Shown: positions 37,309 through 43,331 of the stretch, piece by piece | Numbering within the stretch: position 1 is the stretch's first letter | How the letters are laid out: each line of letters starts with the position of its first letter | Source: an uncultured Thermoplasmata archaeon | GTDB taxonomy: Archaea > Thermoplasmatota > Thermoplasmata > Halarchaeoplasmatales > Halarchaeoplasmataceae | NCBI GenBank assembly: GCA_964454575.1 | Contig: CAYVTG010000003.1 | Coordinates: 1-43,331 of the forward strand | Direction of reading: 5' to 3' | DNA: 43,331 nt | Translations under genes and position numbers: made by a program | Notes under the pieces: generated by a model | Databases searched by the model: none | Seen by the model: the letters and a program-made list of their open reading frames with translations, nothing else | What the model was told of the DNA's origin: nothing

Positions 37309-38805
37309 TTATATCCAAGTCAAACTTTCCAGTATAAGAGTTTTTTCAAGTAATTGGTGCTTTCTTTCTTCGTTGCTATCAAGAGCGATAGCATCATTAT
37401 AAAATTTCAATGCGCTATCCGTGTTAAAACTACGTAAGTACTGATCACCTGCTTTTATGGAATATTTTACCGCTTTTTTACGGATGATATCGTATTTAGA
37501 TGCGTAGGGCAGCAACAATTCGGCGATGCGGATGTTGTATTGAGGGGAATTGTTTTTGATCAGTGCGGCCGCGACCCTCAACTCTATCTCCTTTTTTTCT
37601 TTTCCTTGTATACCTTCGAGTGCACGTTCCCTTAGGCGGCTATTGGCAAATCTATTACCTTTTATTATGCCGGCCTTCTTCAGTTTATCCATCACATCTC
37701 CGATATTTATATCGGTTTTTTTGAGCGCTTGTTTCAACACGTCCGTATCAAAGGTACCGATCATCGCGGCATAACTAAGTAATGTCATAGCTTTGGGTTC
37801 CACATCGGTTAATTTTGAGCGTACGAGTTCTTCTATATCTATGTCTGAACGTATAGAAATATGTGTGCAATTACCTTCGTCCTCCTGTTCCCTTATAAAC
37901 TCCCCCACGGCTTCGTTAAATTCAGTTTCATCTAGAACATCCGTATTGTGCTGACAGATCACGACGGCATCTGTGTTATGTACCACATGTTTTATCAAGT
38001 CCAAGGAAAGCGGATCTATCGTTTCGATATCATCAAATAAGAAGGCTAGTTGGTCACCCTTCGCTGAGATCTCATCGACTTTCTCTGATAGATATGTTTT
38101 GATCTCTTCTTTATTTTCCATGATATCTTCCATATCTAAGACGCCGTCATATCTTCCCGACCCTAGGAACGTTTTATTCAGTTCTTCGGTGATATTATTT
38201 AGGAAAGACTCATTCGTGTTTCCCGACCACTCTTTAAGATCCGTAAGATGATTTTCATTGATATATCGGATGGTTTTATCCAGGTCACCTTCTATCGACC
38301 TTGATATGTCTCCTTTGTACGTGACGATGAGAACACAGTCTTCTCCCCTTCTGATACGTATGGTAAGATTTCCTAGATTTTCATCCCTGTATGACAGTGC
38401 ATCCAAACCGCCTCCGTCTTCTTTTTCTTCTCCACTCCATTGTTGAATGGAATCTTTAACAAAGTTACTCACAGCGTTCAACATCCCAGAGAAGATGTCA
38501 GCATCCATACTGGATTCTTCACGATGAGCTTCCGCAAGTAGCATCCCGTTCATATCTGAGAGGTATACCATCATGACTTTAGGCGGAGTTCTGATCCTCA
38601 ACATCTCCGAATGTTTTGGTAAGGCTCTGCTGAACACATTATCACTTTTGATGGATGCAGTGGCCTCACGCACATCGAAATCTGTCAATACGTTCTTTGC
38701 AAGTGTAAGACCGTCTTCCGCACCTATCTCACGTTCTATGATAACAAAATTTCCTTTATCTAGAGCTCCGCGAACTTTCCCCGAAATATCCTTTGAACTG
38801 TCCAT
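37309..38805 (-). CDS. Roadblock-like domain + STAND/AAA_16-like helical region lacking a P-loop + TPR-like C-terminus
   Basis: aa 76-205 are paralogous to the C-terminus of the 30542..31705 product. QLAFLFDDIETIDPLSLDLIKHV resembles the Walker-B/DDxxWxD block of AAA_16 regulators, but no GxxxxGK[ST] is present anywhere. The C-terminus has TPR-like ALKFYNDAIALD. Confidence 0.65.
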   Translation of the reverse strand: MDSSKDISGKVRGALDKGNFVIIEREIGAEDGLTLAKNVLTDFDVREATASIKSDNVFSRALPKHSEMLRIRTPPKVMMVYLSDMNGMLLAEAHREESSMDADIFSGMLNAVSNFVKDSIQQWSGEEKEDGGGLDALSYRDENLGNLTIRIRRGEDCVLIVTYKGDISRSIEGDLDKTIRYINENHLTDLKEWSGNTNESFLNNITEELNKTFLGSGRYDGVLDMEDIMENKEEIKTYLSEKVDEISAKGDQLAFLFDDIETIDPLSLDLIKHVVHNTDAVVICQHNTDVLDETEFNEAVGEFIREQEDEGNCTHISIRSDIDIEELVRSKLTDVEPKAMTLLSYAAMIGTFDTDVLKQALKKTDINIGDVMDKLKKAGIIKGNRFANSRLRERALEGIQGKEKKEIELRVAAALIKNNSPQYNIRIAELLLPYASKYDIIRKKAVKYSIKAGDQYLRSFNTDSALKFYNDAIALDSNEERKHQLLEKTLILESLTWI

Positions 38806-38921
38806 CGGTCATGAAAATAGCTATTACCTTTATATCGTTTACTGATGAAAAAGTGCGGATTTTGACGAAAAGCATATATATGTGGCCGTGTTTAATGAGA
38901 TCAGAGATTTTAAGGTTCCGT

Positions 38922-38948
38922 TTATTGGGTAACAGTTATCCCCAATAA
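38922..38948. promoter_or_regulatory. perfect 8-bp inverted repeat TTATTGGG-N11-CCCAATAA in the long divergent intergenic region
   Basis: Seen directly in the sequence, in the 325-bp spacer between the 37309..38805 gene (minus) and psmB (plus). Confidence 0.3.
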
Positions 38949-39130
38949 GATGACTACCTGACAGATCTTACAAATCCATAAAATGGAAAAAGAGTTATAT
39001 ACAATAACTTACTTTTCCCAGATGCAAGATGGAGGCATCAGCTTTCATTGCGTTGGTTTAAGACTAACTCATAAGGAAAATATTTCCCAATATTCCCTTA
39101 CTTGTTATAGATGGGAACGAGTGTGAAATC

Positions 39131-39784
39131 ATGGAACAAAATGCAAAGAAAGGAACTACAACATTAGGTCTAGTATGTAAAGATGGAATAGTCATGGCTA
39201 CGGAGAGAAGGGCCACGATGGGGCATATGATAGCTCATAAGAAGACTCAGAAGCTATTCCCTATAGGGGATCACATGTGCCTTACCATAGCCGGTCTCGT
39301 CGCCGATGGACAGCTTTTGGCACGATATCTCAGCTCAGAAGTAGAACTTTACCAATTGAAAAGAGAAAAGGAGATGACGCTGGAAGCTTCGGCAACTATG
39401 TTGTCAAACATATTGTTAGGACGCCGATGGATGCCATTCTGGGTCGGACTACTGTTAGGCGGAGTGGACTCCAAGGGCGGACACATATATTCTCTGGATG
39501 CAGCCGGAGGATCTATACCGGATAATTTTGCAACAACTGGTTCCGGTTCTCCATTTGTTTACGGCGTACTCGAAGATCATTACAAAGAAGGCATGACTGT
39601 TGCCGAAGGTGTAGACTTGGCAGTGTTGTGTTTGATGGTGTCTTCAAGTAGAGATTCTGCTTCAGGAGACGGGATCAACGTGGCTACGATCACAAAGAAA
39701 GATGGATTCAAAGAGATCAGCGAGAAAGAGATCGACAAAAAGATGTCGAAGATCAACAAAGAAAAAGGTCTCAAAAAACTATGA
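39131..39784 (+). CDS. psmB: proteasome subunit beta (with 8-residue propeptide)
   Basis: MEQNAKKG|TTTLGLVCKDGIVMATERRAT with catalytic Thr9 (nt 39155-39157), plus GSGSPFVYG and other Ntn-hydrolase blocks. Confidence 0.92.
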   Translation: MEQNAKKGTTTLGLVCKDGIVMATERRATMGHMIAHKKTQKLFPIGDHMCLTIAGLVADGQLLARYLSSEVELYQLKREKEMTLEASATMLSNILLGRRWMPFWVGLLLGGVDSKGGHIYSLDAAGGSIPDNFATTGSGSPFVYGVLEDHYKEGMTVAEGVDLAVLCLMVSSSRDSASGDGINVATITKKDGFKEISEKEIDKKMSKINKEKGLKKL

Positions 39785-39847
39785 AAGCCGCGGATGATGT
39801 TGTAATATGAGGTTAAACCATTTCAAATAATCAAAATGTGAAATATT

Positions 39848-41761
39848 ATGAGTGTTGAAGACGTTTTAAAGGAAGCCCGAAGAGCGGTTGATGAAGTTAT
39901 ACCGACTTCGGTAAGAATAACAGATATCGAATTCGAAGGTTCTAAAGTGGTCATATACACTAAGGACCTCAAAGAATTCACCGGTGATTCAGAGGTAGTT
40001 AAGAAGCTGGCAGAATTTTTGAAGAGAAGAGTTTCCATCAGACCTGACGCTTCGCTGTTAGACGAAATAGAAGAAGCAGAAAGTAAGATACGGGAGATCG
40101 TACCGGAAGAAGCCGAGATAATCGATATGTACTTCAAAGAAGATACTGGCGAAGTCACCATCGAAGCCAAGGCACCCGGTGTTGCCATCGGTAAAAAAGG
40201 AAATGTGCTCAACCAGATAAAGAGAGAGACCGGATGGGCGCCGGATGTTGTAAGAGCACCTCCGATACCATCGAAGACGGTAAAAGATATACGTAGTTAT
40301 CTACGAGCGGTCCGAGGGGAACGCAAAACATTCCTTCAAGCACTTGGCCGAAAGATAAACCGAGATCAAAGAAAGGGAGAAACTTTTGCAAGGATAACTG
40401 CCCTGGGAGGATACAGAGAGGTAGGTAGAAGTGCGCATCTTCTACATACAAGGGACAGTAAGATCCTAGTTGATTGTGGTGTGGATGTATCTTCACCGAA
40501 CAACGGTACTCCGTATCTGAACGCACCTGAGATCTTACCACCTGATACCATCGATGCCATCGTACTTACTCACGCACACCTTGACCACTGCGGACTGATA
40601 CCTGCACTTTTCAAGTATGGTTATGACGGACCGATATACTGCACACCACCTACACGAGACATGGCAGCCCTACTTCAACTTGATTTCATCAAAGTAGCAG
40701 TCGGGGATGCCAGAGATCCACCTTATAAATCAAGCGACATACGTGAAGCAGTCAAACACACCATTCCATTGGAATACGGAGAAACTACGGATATAGCACC
40801 AGATATAAGACTAACACTGCATAACGCGGGCCATATCTTAGGTTCAGCCGTAGCTCATATGCATATCGGTGATGGAGATTACAATGTGGTATTCACAGGA
40901 GATATAAAATACGATAAAACATGGCTCTTCAATCAGGCGGTTAATAAATTCCCGAGAGTCGAAACTGTAGTCATGGAGGCCACTTACGGTGGCTATAATG
41001 ATATACAGCCCAGCCGTTTGGACGCTGTTGAACAGCTAAAAGATATACTGATACAGCACCTTGACAGAGCAAAGGGAAAGGTTCTAATTCCTGTGTTCGC
41101 CGTCGGTCGTTCTCAGGAAGTGATGATCGTTATCGAAGAAGCTATGAGGAAGGGCGATATCCCCGAAGTACCCATATACCTTGACGGCATGATCTGGGAA
41201 GCTACCGCCATACATACCGCTTATCCCGAATTTTTGAACAATAAACTCAAACGAAAGATATTCAAAGAGGACGAAAATCCATTCCTATCGCCGGTGTTCA
41301 ATCAGGTAGATAGTATGGATATGAGACGCGAGATATGCGACTCCGCTGAACCGTCTATCGTACTGGCTACAGCTGGTATGATGAACGGTGGTCCCGTACT
41401 TGAATACTTTAAATCTTGGGCCGGGGATCCGGAAACGGCCATAGTATTCGTAGGTTATCAGGGCTCCGGAACCATCGGAGATCGTATCCAAAAAGGATAT
41501 GACCATATCACCCTAATGGAAAACGGGACACCCATAGATTACAATATCAAGCTACGCGTACATACTTGTGAAGGTTTTTCCGGACACAGTGATAGGATAC
41601 AACTTTTACATTACATAAGCGGCATGAAACCCTCACCGGAACGTGTGATTGTATCTCACGGTGAAGAGGGTAAATGCACTAATCTTGCAAGTACCATCTA
41701 CAAAAAATACGGTATGGAATCTAGAACACCATGGAATCTTGAAACCATCAGATTGTACTGA
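39848..41761 (+). CDS. fttA: archaeal CPSF1-type beta-CASP ribonuclease / transcription termination factor (2 KH + MBL + beta-CASP)
   Basis: N-terminal KH-like domains (VVIYTKD..., GVAIGKKGNVLNQIKRETGW), metallo-beta-lactamase motif VLTHAHLDHCG, HNAGHILGS, and the C-terminal GFSGHSD / SHGE motifs. 637 aa, typical for aCPSF1. Confidence 0.92.
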   Translation: MSVEDVLKEARRAVDEVIPTSVRITDIEFEGSKVVIYTKDLKEFTGDSEVVKKLAEFLKRRVSIRPDASLLDEIEEAESKIREIVPEEAEIIDMYFKEDTGEVTIEAKAPGVAIGKKGNVLNQIKRETGWAPDVVRAPPIPSKTVKDIRSYLRAVRGERKTFLQALGRKINRDQRKGETFARITALGGYREVGRSAHLLHTRDSKILVDCGVDVSSPNNGTPYLNAPEILPPDTIDAIVLTHAHLDHCGLIPALFKYGYDGPIYCTPPTRDMAALLQLDFIKVAVGDARDPPYKSSDIREAVKHTIPLEYGETTDIAPDIRLTLHNAGHILGSAVAHMHIGDGDYNVVFTGDIKYDKTWLFNQAVNKFPRVETVVMEATYGGYNDIQPSRLDAVEQLKDILIQHLDRAKGKVLIPVFAVGRSQEVMIVIEEAMRKGDIPEVPIYLDGMIWEATAIHTAYPEFLNNKLKRKIFKEDENPFLSPVFNQVDSMDMRREICDSAEPSIVLATAGMMNGGPVLEYFKSWAGDPETAIVFVGYQGSGTIGDRIQKGYDHITLMENGTPIDYNIKLRVHTCEGFSGHSDRIQLLHYISGMKPSPERVIVSHGEEGKCTNLASTIYKKYGMESRTPWNLETIRLY

Positions 41762-41770
41762 TAGTTGATA

Positions 41771-42382
41771 TTACAAGCGTTGTTCGAAATCGTCCAGTTC
41801 GAAAGTAAAATCTTCCCTTGTCTCTATCTTACCCTTTTCGAGCATGATCTCCCGTGCAAGTAGCCAAAATACTAGAGCAAGTGCCTTTCTACCTTTATTG
41901 TTGGTAGGTATGGCAAGGTCTACATTTTCAAGCATGTTGTTTGTATCTACAAGAGCTACGATGGGGATACCGATACTGACGGCTTCTTTCAGAGCCTGTC
42001 TATCAGCAGCAGGATCAACAGCGATGATCACTTCGGGTTCTATAAATTGTGGAAGATCAGGATTCGTCAATATACCTGGAATAAAACGTCCTGCGATGCT
42101 CATGGTTCCGACGACTTCTGAGAACTTCTCTATCGGTTGGCTACCGTATTGCCTTGCGGATACGATGAGAATCTTTTCCGGAGGTATTCGGGAGAGAAAT
42201 TTTGCAGTAGTCTTCAATCTTTTATTTGTTTGTCTTACATCGAGTACATAAAGCCCGTCATCCCTTACTCTGAATATGAAAGGTCTCATGGCTGCGCTTT
42301 TTTGCTGCGTACCTATGTGAACTCCAGATGTGAGGTACGTGTCTTCCTTCACTAGCATATCATCTACTTCGGTTTCAGTCAT
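41771..42382 (-). CDS. rps2: 30S ribosomal protein uS2
   Basis: [36 protein letters not shown] and PIVALVDTN blocks. Overlaps the rpoK stop by 8 nt. Confidence 0.92.
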   Translation of the reverse strand: MTETEVDDMLVKEDTYLTSGVHIGTQQKSAAMRPFIFRVRDDGLYVLDVRQTNKRLKTTAKFLSRIPPEKILIVSARQYGSQPIEKFSEVVGTMSIAGRFIPGILTNPDLPQFIEPEVIIAVDPAADRQALKEAVSIGIPIVALVDTNNMLENVDLAIPTNNKGRKALALVFWLLAREIMLEKGKIETREDFTFELDDFEQRL

Positions 42383-42563
42383 CCTTATTTCTCCCGTAAA
42401 CGGTGATCGGACTCACACCCTTGTTAAATTCCATTATTGAGATATCGACTGGGTCGATCATACATTCTTCTACCTCGATCAGCGGCGGTGCACCCATGGA
42501 AATCTGTAGTGCACGAGCACCGATTATCCTGGCTTTTTCAAACTTGGTGTGTTTCCTTTTCAT
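42375..42563 (-). CDS. rpoK: DNA-directed RNA polymerase subunit K (Rpo6)
   Basis: [24 protein letters not shown] is the Rpo6/omega-like signature. 62 aa, directly upstream of rps2. Confidence 0.85.
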   Translation of the reverse strand: MKRKHTKFEKARIIGARALQISMGAPPLIEVEECMIDPVDISIMEFNKGVSPITVYGRNKDD

Positions 42564-42626
42564 TTGTTAATCCCCATTCCCAAATTAGAACACTATAATA
42601 AGCTTTTTGTCTGATTGCGTTTATAT

Positions 42627-43331
42627 TTAGCCCCATTTCTCCTTTACCAACCCTGTCAGCTTCTCTTTGCTAAATTCACCTACTTCAAACGGCTGCTTTC
42701 GCATACGGTGTGGCAATGCCAACTCGGAGGCTTGTATGATATCTTCTATCGTAACGGACGTACGATCGTTGTATGCCGCATTGGTTATTGCTGTTCTAGC
42801 TATGATTATGTCTCCTCTATGGCCGTCTATATCGAATTCTCTACATATACGGCAGATCAAATTCAGCTTCTCGTCAGACAATTCAACATCTTTGAGTTTC
42901 TTATTAGCCCTATGGATTTTTTCTCTTAAATTTTTTTCCTCGTCTTTATGCCTTCTCATCAAACCGTAGGGATCTTCAAGAAAATCACGGTTTATCTTGA
43001 TCAATTCTAGTCTTTTATCTGGATCACTGATGGTCTCGGTCTCTACTTGAAGTGAAAATCTGTCCAGGAGCTGAGGTCGTAGAAATCCTTCCTGAGGATT
43101 CATACTGGCGACTAGCATGAAATCGGACATATAGTTGGTAGAGATCCCTTCTCTTTCAACAGTAACGACCTTCATGGCTGCTACATCTAAAAGAAGGTCA
43201 ACGATATGGTGATCTAATAAGTTGATCTGATCTATGTACAATATATTCTTATTTGCTCTCGCTAGGAGTCCCGGCTCGAATGATTTAACCCCATCCTGAA
43301 GAACTTTTTCCACATCTATGGTACCGATCAA
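42627..43331 (-). CDS. magnesium-chelatase subunit I (ChlI/BchI)-like AAA+ protein, C-terminal 234 aa; N-terminus is off the window
   Basis: LIGTIDVEKVLQDGVKSFEPGLLARANKNILYIDQINLLDHHIVDLLLDVAA...VEREGIS...NPQEGFLRPQLLDRFSL...DGHRGDI...LPHRMRKQPF is collinear with plant/bacterial ChlI/BchI as I recall them. The leading M in the ORF track is an artefact of the window edge (TTG = Leu). Confidence 0.85.
   Translation of the reverse strand: MIGTIDVEKVLQDGVKSFEPGLLARANKNILYIDQINLLDHHIVDLLLDVAAMKVVTVEREGISTNYMSDFMLVASMNPQEGFLRPQLLDRFSLQVETETISDPDKRLELIKINRDFLEDPYGLMRRHKDEEKNLREKIHRANKKLKDVELSDEKLNLICRICREFDIDGHRGDIIIARTAITNAAYNDRTSVTIEDIIQASELALPHRMRKQPFEVGEFSKEKLTGLVKEKWG

Noticed and set aside
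38843-38908. C/D-box-sRNA-like motifs: TGATGA at 38843-38848, TTGA 13 nt later, and ATGAGA/CAGA near 38895-38906.
   Set aside because: The putative C'/D pair is directly adjacent, leaving no guide region. The D box is not CUGA and no terminal stem is evident. This is more likely chance in AT-rich DNA.
38811-38948. 45-codon ATG ORF at the start of the long intergenic region.
   Set aside because: No SD, hydrophobic/basic random-looking sequence, and it runs through the palindrome. I have no support beyond being open.
39823-40212. 129-aa minus-strand ORF over the 5' end of aCPSF1. Similar antisense ORFs lie at 40209..40541 and 41844..42251.
   Set aside because: They are Ser/Thr-rich antisense shadows of highly conserved housekeeping genes.
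1-43331. I looked for CRISPR arrays, long direct or inverted DNA repeats, IS/transposase or integrase genes, and rRNA/tRNA/RNase P/SRP RNA genes.
   Set aside because: I found no spaced identical repeats, no transposase- or integrase-like ORFs, and no non-coding gap long enough for a structured RNA other than 38806..39130. A by-eye search cannot exclude short or diverged elements.

Overview
AT-rich archaeal chromosomal segment, shown by topoisomerase VI A/B, proteasome beta, aCPSF1/FttA, uS2, Rpo6/RpoK, L-aspartate dehydrogenase and a COG2403 GTPase. I found no rRNA, tRNA, CRISPR array or transposase. All calls come from reading the ORF translations and DNA by eye, with no alignments or searches. 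Left part: a 5'-truncated AbiEii-like gene, a REC-PAS-PadR regulator, a 1230-aa REC/PAS/GAF histidine kinase, a rhomboid protease and housekeeping genes. Middle: one 11.8-kb gene (14454..26291, minus) encodes a 3945-aa membrane-anchored surface protein with a subtilisin (S8) domain followed by many adhesion/sensor-like modules. It is divergently paired with a 1081-aa surface protein made of about nine macroglobulin-like beta-sandwich repeats. The most interesting region is 29.7-38.8 kb. A tightly coupled plus-strand operon encodes a KaiC-like ATPase with an altered Walker A, an HhH protein, a vWA protein carrying two P-loop-less ChlI-like AAA+ modules, and a third P-loop-less ChlI-like protein. 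It is followed by an E/K-rich coiled-coil protein, a DUF835-TPR protein and a STAND-like protein without a P-loop. Two of these proteins share an uncharacterised Roadblock-like domain. I read this as a candidate undescribed pseudo-NTPase/vWA signalling or scaffold system. A more canonical ChlI homologue with a Walker B DE->DQ change lies at the right edge.
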